Positions 9,095 to 18,740 are shown, numbered from the stretch's first letter. The stretch: 64,000 bases of DNA from an uncultured Spirochaetota bacterium (GCA_963783575.1 CAWAOD010000003.1:224001-288000), one strand, 5' to 3'. The notes: a model not told the origin generated them from the sequence alone. A program made the numbers and translations.

Positions 9095-10093
9095 ATGATA
9101 AGAATAGTAACCGGTTTTTGTATGGCGATTGGAATATCATTTATGTTGTTTTCCTGTGCCGCGGGCGATCCTGATATAATATCGCAGAATAACAGCAGGA
9201 ATAACCCGAACGACCCGAAAGCCGGAAATTCTTCCAGCGGCGGCTCGCAGGCCGGGGGTTCAAGCAGTACCGGCGGTGGGACAAGCAGCTCCGTGACTAC
9301 CACCAATACATCTTCTCAAGGAACGTCTCTGGCAGCCGGTCCTGTCTTAACAGTACCTTCCACCGCTTCAGGCAACTTCAATATATCCTGGACATTCACC
9401 TGGCCTTCATTGACCGGCGGACAGGATCATTATGAATTGGAAAAATCATTACAATCACAAGCCGGGTATTCAATTGCCGAATCGACTCCGAACGATACAA
9501 GGACATCTCCATATATCACCGTCTATAGTCCGGTTGCCAGCGACTATGGCAATACTCTTTATTTCAGGGTAAGAGCTCGTACAAGCTATGGGTATACTGC
9601 ATACAGCCAGGAAAAATCCGTTGCCCTAACGCAGCAGCAGCAAAAGTATTATATTAAATTGGTAAATAATATGTCCGGCGGCGGAAGTGATGAAATTGTC
9701 CAGGTAAGAATTAGCAGCGTGGGAAGTGAAATATTTAAAGATGCTAATGAGCTTTTATCTCCTGATGATTATACATCGCCCATCTTGCCTGGTGATTCTA
9801 TAAATCCCGGGGGTTACCAGACATGGGATGTAACCGCCATAAAATCCAGATATTATGTGTTTATTGGGCTTGGAATGTGGGATTATGATGCGGTATTAAA
9901 TAATGAATGGTTCAAAGAACTTCAGAATGATCAAAATTATTATATTTATTGTTCCTTTTATATAGACAGCCAGACAAGTACTACGGTGACAGTTACCGTA
10001 GGATGTGATGCAAATAATAATATAAAGGCCTTCTTTGATTTTGGAGGTTCGGCGGGCTTTGTTGCATCAACAACTGATCCAACGCCAAATTAA
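9095..10093 (+). CDS. Lipoprotein with shared N-terminal tag, FN3-like domain and unknown beta-rich C-terminal domain
   Basis: RBS GGAGG, C21, AGDPDIISQNNSRNNPNDP. FN3 hallmarks ISW...YELE...LYFRVRA...GY.AYS. Confidence 0.85.
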   Translation: MIRIVTGFCMAIGISFMLFSCAAGDPDIISQNNSRNNPNDPKAGNSSSGGSQAGGSSSTGGGTSSSVTTTNTSSQGTSLAAGPVLTVPSTASGNFNISWTFTWPSLTGGQDHYELEKSLQSQAGYSIAESTPNDTRTSPYITVYSPVASDYGNTLYFRVRARTSYGYTAYSQEKSVALTQQQQKYYIKLVNNMSGGGSDEIVQVRISSVGSEIFKDANELLSPDDYTSPILPGDSINPGGYQTWDVTAIKSRYYVFIGLGMWDYDAVLNNEWFKELQNDQNYYIYCSFYIDSQTSTTVTVTVGCDANNNIKAFFDFGGSAGFVASTTDPTPN

Positions 10094-10125
10094 CAACAAT
10101 AACAAAAGGACGGATTCAAGATCAT

Positions 10126-10147
10126 GTAACCCCGGCTTTAGCCGGGG
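10126..10147. terminator. GC-rich hairpin between convergent genes (terminator or REP-like palindrome)
   Basis: GTAA-CCCCGGC-TTTA-GCCGGGG. Confidence 0.55.
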
Positions 10148-10162
10148 CCTAAACTATAATAT

Positions 10163-10591
10163 TTAAAGATTATACAAATCCTTCGCACCTATTAAAGCGA
10201 CATCCTTACCCTTCAGCTTTTCCATTACTTCTTTATTATCCTCAAATCTGAATATCAGAATGGCTTTATCCGGGATTTTCGCAAGGAAAGCATACATATA
10301 TTCTACATTGATGCCGTTATCATCGAAAATTCCGAGAATTTTTGCCAGTCCGCCGGGCTTGTCCATCACTTCAATGGCAACAACATCGGTTGCTGATACG
10401 GTATAGTTCCCCTGCTTCAATACTTCGATGGCCTTATCCGGATTATCCACAATAAGCCTCAATATTCCGAAATCGGAAGTATCGGCTACAGAAAGAGCTC
10501 TTATATTCAAATTATGATCTGACAAAAGTTTAGTGACATCAAATAATCTTCCCGTTCTGTTTTCCAGAAAAATGGAAACCTGTTTAACCAT
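10163..10591 (-). CDS. ACT-domain amino acid-binding protein
   Basis: KQVSIFLENRTGRL...NIRALSVADTSDFGILRLIV...DKPGGL...INVEYMYAF; typical neighbour of paaK. Confidence 0.92.
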   Translation of the reverse strand: MVKQVSIFLENRTGRLFDVTKLLSDHNLNIRALSVADTSDFGILRLIVDNPDKAIEVLKQGNYTVSATDVVAIEVMDKPGGLAKILGIFDDNGINVEYMYAFLAKIPDKAILIFRFEDNKEVMEKLKGKDVALIGAKDLYNL

Positions 10592-10630
10592 AAAAATTGC
10601 CTCCTTTTATTTTACCAGGTATCATCTTTG

Positions 10631-11950
10631 CTAAATCTGTCTCTTATCAACAATACGCTTGGCCTTTCCTTCGCTCCTTTCGACCGTACGCGGCTCAACC
10701 AGTTTGATCTTGACGGAAATGCCAAGAACGTTTTCGATCTCTAATTGTATCTTTTTTTCAACCATCTCAAGCGCTTTTATTTCATCCGAAAATACCTTCT
10801 GATTGACCTCTACCATCACCGTCAGGATATCGAGATTATGTTCCCTTTCAACAATCAATTGATATTGGGGAGATACTTCCTCAATCTGTACAAGAACTTC
10901 CTCAATCTGTGATGGGAAAACATTTATTCCGCGGATAATAAGCATATCGTCTGTCCTGCCCATAATGCGGTCAATTCTGGGATGGGTTCTTCCGCATTTA
11001 CATTCTCCGGGGATAAAGCGGGTTAAATCCCGCGTTCTATAGCGGATGAGCGGTATGCCCTTCTTGGTCAGTGTTGTTATTACCAGCTCACCCTGTTCGC
11101 CTTCTTTTACATGCAGGCCTGTCGAAGGATTAACGATTTCAGCATAGAAATGATCATCATAGATATGAAGGCCGTTTTGTTCAAGGCATTCGTTTGCAAC
11201 GCCGGGGCCAATAATTTCTGAAAGGCCGTATATATTCAAAGCTTTGATCGGAAGGCGTTTCTCAATTTCTTTCCGCATCGCTTCCGACCATGGCTCGGCT
11301 CCGAAAACCCCATATTTCAAATTAAGTTTATTAAAATTTAAACCCTTCTTTTCGGCTTCCTCAGCAAGGTATAATGTGTATGAAGGAGTGCATGTCAACA
11401 TATCCGGGCCGAAATCCTCCAGTAATAGCAGCTGCCTTGCTGTATTGCCCCCGGATATAGGAATAACGGCAGCTCCCATCTTCTCAACACCGTAATGAAT
11501 ACCCAGGCCGCCTGTAAAAAGGCCGTAACCGTATGCATTCTGAATGATGGAATGCCTGGTGGCACCGGATGCGGTCAGAGAACGGGCCATAACCTCAGAC
11601 CAGGTTTCGATATCTTCCTGGGTATAGCCGACCACGGTCGGTTTGCCTGTAGTTCCGCTGGACGCATGTATCCTTACTATCTTTTCCATGGGTACTGCAA
11701 ATAGGCCGTAGGGATAATTATCACGTAAATCCAGTTTGGTCGTAAACGGCAGCCGTGTTATATCGTCCAGCGAATTAATTTCATTGGGTTTGATCGACAT
11801 TTCGTTAAACTTCTTTTTGTAAAACGGAACATTATCATATACATACCAGACCAGTTCCTTTAAGCGGAATAACTGCAGAGATTTTCTGACCTCACGGTTC
11901 ATGGTTTCCATTTCTTCATTCCAGATAGGATAAGGAAAATTTCTTTTCAT
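10631..11950 (-). CDS. paaK: Phenylacetate-CoA ligase
   Basis: [65 protein letters not shown]. Confidence 0.95.
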   Translation of the reverse strand: MKRNFPYPIWNEEMETMNREVRKSLQLFRLKELVWYVYDNVPFYKKKFNEMSIKPNEINSLDDITRLPFTTKLDLRDNYPYGLFAVPMEKIVRIHASSGTTGKPTVVGYTQEDIETWSEVMARSLTASGATRHSIIQNAYGYGLFTGGLGIHYGVEKMGAAVIPISGGNTARQLLLLEDFGPDMLTCTPSYTLYLAEEAEKKGLNFNKLNLKYGVFGAEPWSEAMRKEIEKRLPIKALNIYGLSEIIGPGVANECLEQNGLHIYDDHFYAEIVNPSTGLHVKEGEQGELVITTLTKKGIPLIRYRTRDLTRFIPGECKCGRTHPRIDRIMGRTDDMLIIRGINVFPSQIEEVLVQIEEVSPQYQLIVEREHNLDILTVMVEVNQKVFSDEIKALEMVEKKIQLEIENVLGISVKIKLVEPRTVERSEGKAKRIVDKRQI

Positions 11951-12027
11951 TCATGCCTCCTACAATTATTATTTTATAGACTATTATGACCTTTTTACAG
12001 ATTAAAGTCTCCGGCTTAAACCCGATT

Positions 12028-12613
12028 TTAATCTCTTATCCAGGCCCTTCCTGCCTCAAACGCTTTAATATTTACATCAACAAACTTTTCTTTGACATTT
12101 ATTTTTATGGCATCAATCCATACATCCGGATCTATATTTTCAATAAATCCCGACAGTACGCCCAGAAGAAGGACATTACCGGTCCTGGAATTACCCAGAT
12201 TTTTAGATGCTTCAAAAGCATTCACAAAATATAGAGATCCGGTTATTTCTTTAAAATAATTCATTGTTTGTTTCGGATATTCGACAAGGCCAAGTACTAC
12301 AGGAGTCGGCGGTATTTCCATATCATTGATAACGGCGTAGCCGTTCTTTTTAAGGTAATGAATGTTTCTCATCGCCTCCAATTTTTCAAATCCGAGCAAG
12401 TAATCCGCTTCACCTTCGGAAATGACGGGAGAATATATTTTCTCACCATAACGGATAAAGCTCACAACCGAGCCCCTCCCTCTGGCTCATTCCATGTATT
12501 TCATTTTTTTTAATGTCTAATCCGCTATTAAAAAGCGCGCACGAAAGTATGTCTGAAGCAAGTATAATGCCCTGTCCTCCAACGCCGCAAATTATTATGC
12601 TTTTAGATTCCAT
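12028..12613 (-). CDS. iorB: Indolepyruvate oxidoreductase beta subunit (one +1 frameshift near 12473-12480)
   Basis: ATG at 12613 reads MESKSIIICGVGGQGIILASDIL...EIHGMSQR. One extra base in a G-rich run shifts the frame; the downstream frame gives SVVSFIRYGEKIYSPVISEGEAD. Confidence 0.9.
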
Positions 12614-12631
12614 AAACAAAACCTCAATAAA

Positions 12632-14176
12632 TCATAATTTTATTACCATGATAGTCCTGTCATCCTTTTGTATAGCCCCTTCAAAAAAATCCTCGGTTTT
12701 CAGAAGAACATCGCCGATTATGTTTGAGGCTGTATCGGATTTAAGACAGGCTTCAAGAAATAAATCCTCCAGTCTTTCCTTTCCCAGCAGTTCCCCGGCC
12801 GGGTTTGTCCCTTCAATAATCCCGTCGCTGAAAAGAAGCAGTACATCCCCCTTCTGGCATGTGATCGATTCCGCACTGTATTTGGCTGTACGGAATATTC
12901 CGATAATAGGATTCTTGTTCCGGATTCTGTTTATGGCCTGCCCTCCGGAATAGAAATAAAGCTGGTCGGTATGTCCCGCAGAAATATAGCTTACTTCCCG
13001 GGTTTCAAGATTAATAAGGCATGCAAAAAGTGTGGCGTATGAGTATGTATTCTCCAGAATCCTGCTTATTCGGTTATTTAAAAGGTTAAAAGCCTGGGAC
13101 AGGTCATGAAACATATTATCCTCAATCAATTCTTCAACTTCCACTTTTAAAATTGCCCAAATCATCGCGGCATAAACTCCATGACCTGAAGCGTCACCCA
13201 GTAAAAGGAGTATATTTTTATCATCCAGCTTATAAAAATCGTAATAATCCCCGCCCACACTTTGCATAGGCATATATGATATTTCCATATCTATAAAGTT
13301 CTGAATAATTTTCTGTTTATCCAGGGGCAGTAGAGAAATCTGAAGCGATTGCGCCGTTCTGACATCATACATCATCTGGCGGTTTAAATCGGATAGTTTT
13401 TTGTTTGCCTCATTGGCGCGTGTCAGCACATCCATGTATTCAAAAACGAAATTCAGACTGAGACCGATGGATAATATCGTAATACCGTACATATAAAACG
13501 AACCGTAATGTTCCAGAAAACTCAACCATCCATTTATCCTGACAGCTATTTCAAAAACGATAAAAATTATCGCAGCTATTCCGCTGCCAAGTATCGTACA
13601 GTAGCGGAAAAAATTAATCGGGGTAATTTTACCGCTTTCTTTTTTTAAAATATTCCTGAAAGCAAAAAATTCTATAATCCCTGCAATAAGGATAATTACT
13701 AATAGCGATATAAGGAATAAGCTATGTGTTAGGCTTAGTTCCCTGTATGAAAAGTCTATTGAGATAATAAATCCTGCAAGAACTATTGAAAGTATAATGA
13801 AAACAATCTGGTATTTCCTGCTGTTCTGCTTATACCCATCCGTTTCGACAAAAGACATGTCCTTGATTTTAATCATTATATATCTTAAAAGCATAACATA
13901 AAAATTAATTATGAAAATTCCGAATATCAATTTAAGCTTATTGAATATCACTATATATAAACGGCCTTCAAGGGTTACGGAAAATGCGCCCGAAAGCCCT
14001 GAAAGGATAATTGAGAAACCTATTAAAATAATATATATTGAGTCTTCATTGGATTTTTTGATTTCATTCTTTTTCATTATTAAAAAAAAGAAAAGAATGT
14101 ACTGCAGGGTCAAAAAAATACCGAAACTGCCTCCAATGATATAAGACACCAATTCTAAATTCATCTGATTCCCCAT
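12632..14176 (-). CDS. Membrane-bound SpoIIE/PP2C-type (RsbU-like) Ser/Thr phosphatase
   Basis: About 7 TM helices, then AQSLQISLLP, VGGDYYD, LGDASGHGV.AA, SAGH, LFSDGIIE, DDRT. Confidence 0.92.
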   Translation of the reverse strand: MGNQMNLELVSYIIGGSFGIFLTLQYILFFFLIMKKNEIKKSNEDSIYIILIGFSIILSGLSGAFSVTLEGRLYIVIFNKLKLIFGIFIINFYVMLLRYIMIKIKDMSFVETDGYKQNSRKYQIVFIILSIVLAGFIISIDFSYRELSLTHSLFLISLLVIILIAGIIEFFAFRNILKKESGKITPINFFRYCTILGSGIAAIIFIVFEIAVRINGWLSFLEHYGSFYMYGITILSIGLSLNFVFEYMDVLTRANEANKKLSDLNRQMMYDVRTAQSLQISLLPLDKQKIIQNFIDMEISYMPMQSVGGDYYDFYKLDDKNILLLLGDASGHGVYAAMIWAILKVEVEELIEDNMFHDLSQAFNLLNNRISRILENTYSYATLFACLINLETREVSYISAGHTDQLYFYSGGQAINRIRNKNPIIGIFRTAKYSAESITCQKGDVLLLFSDGIIEGTNPAGELLGKERLEDLFLEACLKSDTASNIIGDVLLKTEDFFEGAIQKDDRTIMVIKL

Positions 14177-14183
14177 ATCAAAA

Positions 14184-15797
14184 TCATCGTATTTTCTCCA
14201 TGGCTTTCCTGATCATGGCTTCACCGATAACGCAGATCTCGTCAATTATTACTACCGATGGTTCTTCAGCCTGGATTTCTTCAAGCAAAATTTTGCTTAA
14301 AATGTCTTTTTTAAAAGCATTGACTTTTGTAACCCTTTTTACTCCCAATCCCCTTACAAGTCCTTCAAGATCAATTTCACAAGTCTTCTCAAACTTATTA
14401 TCAAGCGAAGTACATACATTCGGCTGATGACCGGTCATGGCCGTAATATGATTATCAAGGATAACAAGGGTTATCGGCGTTCCGTTATAAACTGCGTCGA
14501 TAAGGCTCGTCATTCCGGAATGAATAAACGTAGAATCGCCTATTACTGCGATTGAATTAGGCTTTTTACCAGTTATCCGGCCCGCTTTTTTAAATCCGAT
14601 CTCATTCCCCACGCTTGCGCCCATACATATTGCCGTATCCATTGCGTTGTAAGGCTGAAGTGCTCCAAGGGTGTAACATCCGATATCTCCAAATACGGTT
14701 ACATTATGGTCCCTCAGGACTTCAAACACAGGTATATGCCCGCAGCCTTTACATAGAACCGGCGGCCTCCCGGGCAAATTGATCCCGCTGACATCATTCT
14801 CTTTTTTCGATGCGATTTGCTGATTTATTTTATCCTCCCCGGTATGAAAAGCTTTGCGGATGGTATCGGGAAAAATTTCACCATACATCGGAATGATCTG
14901 TTTTCCTATAATATCAATCCCGTTAGCCCTTATTTCTTCTTCAATAATAGGGTCCAGTTCCTCGACAACATATAAAACCTTAACCTGCGATGCGAATTCT
15001 TTGATCATTGCCATCGGTATCGGATAAAATGATATTTTTAAAGTACTGGCTTCCGGTAATGCGTCCCTTACATAATTATATATAAGGCCATGTGTAATTA
15101 TCCCGATATCCTTACTGCGGTATTCAATAGTATTGTACTCAAACCGGCCGGAAAAATTACATAACTTTGAGTATCTTTCCAGTACTACCCTGTGCCGGGG
15201 AATGGCATTCGCCGGTACCATGACAAACTTCGATGCATTTTTCCGATAAGTAAATTCCGGAATTTTACGGTTGGCCTTGTCGCAATGCACGACTGTTTTT
15301 GTATGAGAAATTCGCGTCACGGGACGCATCAGAACAGGAGTATCAAATTTTTCCGATATCGACATGCCGATTTTAACGAATTCTCTGGCCTCATTGCTGT
15401 CACAGGGTTCCAGAAGGGGTATTTTAGCAAATTTGGCATAGTTTCTTGAATCCTGCTCGTTCTGAGAAGAGTGCATCCCGGGATCATCGGCCACAATTAT
15501 AACAAGACCGGCATTGACGCCTGTATAAGAAGCCGTCATCAGAGGATCGGCGGCGACATTCAGCCCTACATGCTTCATCGTGGCAATCGATCTTATCCCT
15601 GCTAGTGAAGATCCGATAGCGATTTCAAGTGCTACTTTTTCATTCACGCTCCACTCTGAATCGATTTCACTGTATTTTTCAGTTATTGTTTCAATAATCT
15701 CCGAACTCGGGGTTCCGGGATAACCGGCTGCCACCCAGACATTTGCTTCATAAGCACCCCTCGCTATGGCTTCATTTCCAGATAATAATTCTCTCAT
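14184..15797 (-). CDS. iorA: Indolepyruvate ferredoxin oxidoreductase alpha subunit
   Basis: MRELLSGNEAIARGA, YPGTPSSEI, MKHVGLNVAADP, DDPGMHSSQNEQD, RPPVLCKGCGH, GDIGCYTLG, GDSTFIHSG. Confidence 0.95.
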   Translation of the reverse strand: MRELLSGNEAIARGAYEANVWVAAGYPGTPSSEIIETITEKYSEIDSEWSVNEKVALEIAIGSSLAGIRSIATMKHVGLNVAADPLMTASYTGVNAGLVIIVADDPGMHSSQNEQDSRNYAKFAKIPLLEPCDSNEAREFVKIGMSISEKFDTPVLMRPVTRISHTKTVVHCDKANRKIPEFTYRKNASKFVMVPANAIPRHRVVLERYSKLCNFSGRFEYNTIEYRSKDIGIITHGLIYNYVRDALPEASTLKISFYPIPMAMIKEFASQVKVLYVVEELDPIIEEEIRANGIDIIGKQIIPMYGEIFPDTIRKAFHTGEDKINQQIASKKENDVSGINLPGRPPVLCKGCGHIPVFEVLRDHNVTVFGDIGCYTLGALQPYNAMDTAICMGASVGNEIGFKKAGRITGKKPNSIAVIGDSTFIHSGMTSLIDAVYNGTPITLVILDNHITAMTGHQPNVCTSLDNKFEKTCEIDLEGLVRGLGVKRVTKVNAFKKDILSKILLEEIQAEEPSVVIIDEICVIGEAMIRKAMEKIR

Positions 15798-16009
15798 ACG
15801 ATTTCCACTCCGGTTTAAAATAGATATATCCATTTTTTTGAACAAATTTATGATATATTATTGTATATTTTCAGTATTTATATTGATGAATATAACAGGC
15901 GGTTCTAAAAGCTATTAAATTACTTTTTTAGAGCAGCTCATATTATAAATACAGGCTTTTGAAATATCAAATACTGAACCGCAGTATAATCACAAAGGAG
16001 GGCAATTTT

Positions 16010-16447
16010 ATGAAAAAAATAGTAATTCTTATTATAATCCCATTCATCGCATTCTTTATTATAGAACTTGCCGGTTGCAGCAATCCGTCGGTTTCGGTTC
16101 CATCCGGTATGGCTTACCTTACCGGAACAATCAGTGCACCGACGGGTGTTATACCGTCAAACAGGTTCCTTGGGGTTTTCATCCATACGGCAATTCTTGA
16201 CACGACAAACAGCGGTACAAACGCGGCATGGTTCGCTCTATGCAGCAGTTTACCGCTGACTTATACTGTCGGGATCGAGCCTGGAATCTATTTTGTATAT
16301 GCCTGGCTTGATTATAATGGCGATTTAAAAAACAATTCCGGCGATTATTCCGGCTGGGGTGGAGGTATTTTTCCTATCAGTCCAAATATAACACTGGAAG
16401 CGGGAAAAACAAATATTTGCAATATATCACTGAGTTCAAATTTTTGA
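16010..16447 (+). CDS. Small hypothetical lipoprotein (single beta-sandwich)
   Basis: ATG at 16010 after AGGAGG. LAGC lipobox; PGIYFVYAWLDYNGD. Confidence 0.75.
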   Translation: MKKIVILIIIPFIAFFIIELAGCSNPSVSVPSGMAYLTGTISAPTGVIPSNRFLGVFIHTAILDTTNSGTNAAWFALCSSLPLTYTVGIEPGIYFVYAWLDYNGDLKNNSGDYSGWGGGIFPISPNITLEAGKTNICNISLSSNF

Positions 16448-16633
16448 CACTCCCGATTATTATGCTTAAAATAGATATGGTAAATTTCATCTCGGTTTCC
16501 TGCCTTCCTGTGAAACACACATACCCCCGGTTGAAATATTCGCATAGAAGTTTTGAAAAATATGCGAATCCCTTAATAATTATAGGTATAAATGAAGTTG
16601 TAGAATCTCAATAGCTTTTATTTGGAGATACAA

Positions 16634-18631
16634 ATGCCGGAATTTAAAGTACAGGCAAACTACAAACCCTCCGGTGACCAGCCGGCGGCAATAGAAAGCC
16701 TGACAAATAATTTTATAAACGGAATAAAGGCACAGACGCTGCTTGGCGTTACAGGCAGCGGGAAGACATTTACAATGGCCCACGTTATAAATAACCTGCA
16801 GTTGCCAACTCTTGTTATGTCGCACAATAAGACACTTGCCGCCCAGCTCTTCAGGGAATTCAGGGAATTCTTTCCGGACAATGCTGTGGAGTATTTCGTA
16901 TCGTATTATGATTACTATCAGCCTGAAGCCTATGTTCCACAAAGGGATTTGTATATTGAGAAGGATTCCAAGATCAATGATGAAATAGACAGGATGCGAG
17001 TCTCGGCGGTAGCCTCATTGATAGACAGACGGGATGTCGTTATTGTAGCTTCCGTGTCATGCATTTATGGATTGGGCGCCCCAACGGATTATAAAGAACT
17101 GATGCTGATGATAAAGAAGGGAATGAAGATCGGCAGGGATGAAGTAATCCGCCATCTTATCAGGATTCAGTACGAAAGAAGCGACTTTGACTTAAACCGC
17201 GCCGCTTTCCGCGTAAAAGGAGATATAATAGATATCCATACCGCATATTCACGCGAGGTTGTAAGAATTGTCTTTTTCGGCGATGAAATAGAATCAATCA
17301 GAAGACAGCACTTTTTAACAGGGAAAATGATTGGCGATCTTGACCGTGCCGTCATTTATCCGGCAAAACTTTTTCTGACAACCGATGAAAAAATGAAGAC
17401 AGCAATTGAACTTATAGAGGAGGAGCTTCAGGAACGGCTTAAAGAATTAAAGGTCCAGGGCAAGGAAGTAGAAGCGTACAGGCTTGAATCGAGGACTCAT
17501 TACGACCTTGAGATGATGCAGGAGATGGGATACTGTAATGGAATAGAGAATTACTCGAGGCATTTGTCCTTCCGTAAGCCGGGCGAAAAACCGTTTGTCC
17601 TTCTGGATTATTTCCCGGAAGATTTTCTGGCCATTCTTGACGAATCGCACCAGACAATACCTCAGATTGGCGGGATGTACAAGGGGGACCGCTCAAGAAA
17701 ACAGACCCTGGTTGATTTCGGATTCCGCCTACCATCAGCCCTAGATAACCGGCCTTTGCATTTTGAGGAATTTGAAAGCATGCTCAAGCGAGTGCTTTTT
17801 GTTTCCGCTACACCTGCGGATTATGAAATTTCGCATGGCGGTGCAATAGTCGAACAGATAATCAGGCCGACCGGGCTTATAGACCCCAATGTTGAAGTCA
17901 GGAAAACCGATGGACAGATCGAGGATATTATCCTTGAAGTAAGGGAAAGAATCAAGAATAAGCAGAGGGTATTGATTACTACCCTTACAAAAAAGATGGC
18001 CGAAGACCTGACGGATTTTCTCTCGGAAAACGACCTGAAAGTATCCTATCTCCATTCCGAGGTTGAGACTATCGAAAGGGTTGAAATCCTGAAAAAGCTG
18101 AGGCTCGGAACTTTCGATGTACTCGTAGGTATCAACCTTTTGAGGGAAGGCATAGACCTGCCGGAGGTATCGCTTGTTATAATCCTTGATGCGGATAAAA
18201 TGGGGTTCCTGCGTTCGGCAAGGTCCCTGATCCAGATCATAGGGAGAAGCGCAAGGAATGTAGACGGTAAAGTCATAATGTATGCCGATGTTATTACGGA
18301 TTCAATGCGGCAGGCCATTGATGAAACAAAACGTAGAAGGCAGATCCAGCTTGAATTTAATAAAGTTCATAATATCACCCCGAAAACCATTGAGAAAGAG
18401 ATTACAGATATCCTAGAGCGGAAAATCCAGACCGAAGAAAGGGAAGAGAACAGGATTGCGGAATATAAAAGAAAATATGTTGAGAAAGAGGTGCTTGTTA
18501 AAGAACTTGAAAAGCTTATGTTCAGCTATGCGGAAAACCTTGAGTTTGAGAAAGCCGCCCAGGTAAGGGACGAGATTCAGGAACTGACGGCTAAAAAAGA
18601 ACAGGCCGGCGGTATCCCATCCGAAGAGTAA
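16634..18631 (+). CDS. uvrB: Excinuclease ABC subunit B
   Basis: PSGDQP.AI, LLGVTGSGKTFT, YFVSYYDYYQPEAY, DESH, GINLLREGIDLPEV, C-terminal UVR motif LEFEKAAQVRD. Confidence 0.98.
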   Translation: MPEFKVQANYKPSGDQPAAIESLTNNFINGIKAQTLLGVTGSGKTFTMAHVINNLQLPTLVMSHNKTLAAQLFREFREFFPDNAVEYFVSYYDYYQPEAYVPQRDLYIEKDSKINDEIDRMRVSAVASLIDRRDVVIVASVSCIYGLGAPTDYKELMLMIKKGMKIGRDEVIRHLIRIQYERSDFDLNRAAFRVKGDIIDIHTAYSREVVRIVFFGDEIESIRRQHFLTGKMIGDLDRAVIYPAKLFLTTDEKMKTAIELIEEELQERLKELKVQGKEVEAYRLESRTHYDLEMMQEMGYCNGIENYSRHLSFRKPGEKPFVLLDYFPEDFLAILDESHQTIPQIGGMYKGDRSRKQTLVDFGFRLPSALDNRPLHFEEFESMLKRVLFVSATPADYEISHGGAIVEQIIRPTGLIDPNVEVRKTDGQIEDIILEVRERIKNKQRVLITTLTKKMAEDLTDFLSENDLKVSYLHSEVETIERVEILKKLRLGTFDVLVGINLLREGIDLPEVSLVIILDADKMGFLRSARSLIQIIGRSARNVDGKVIMYADVITDSMRQAIDETKRRRQIQLEFNKVHNITPKTIEKEITDILERKIQTEEREENRIAEYKRKYVEKEVLVKELEKLMFSYAENLEFEKAAQVRDEIQELTAKKEQAGGIPSEE

Positions 18632-18677
18632 TATAAATTGAAAAATAATTACTCAGATGAGTTTTCACTTAGGGAAA

Positions 18678-18740
18678 GCCATACTGAGCACTTCGACAGG
18701 CTCAGTGTAAACTCCGTCGAATTCGGAGTCGAAGTATGAC
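18678..18740. repeat. Nested REP-like palindromic element
   Basis: Outer arms gccatactgagc...cggagtcgaagtatgac enclose cttcgacaggctcagtgt. Confidence 0.6.

Noticed and set aside
3235..9217. Repeated ~65-bp tag-coding segments read as CRISPR repeats, integron attC sites or shufflon crossover sites
   Set aside because: The copies lie in frame within genes, are kilobases apart, differ at synonymous sites and are not palindromic. No cas, integrase or invertase gene is present.
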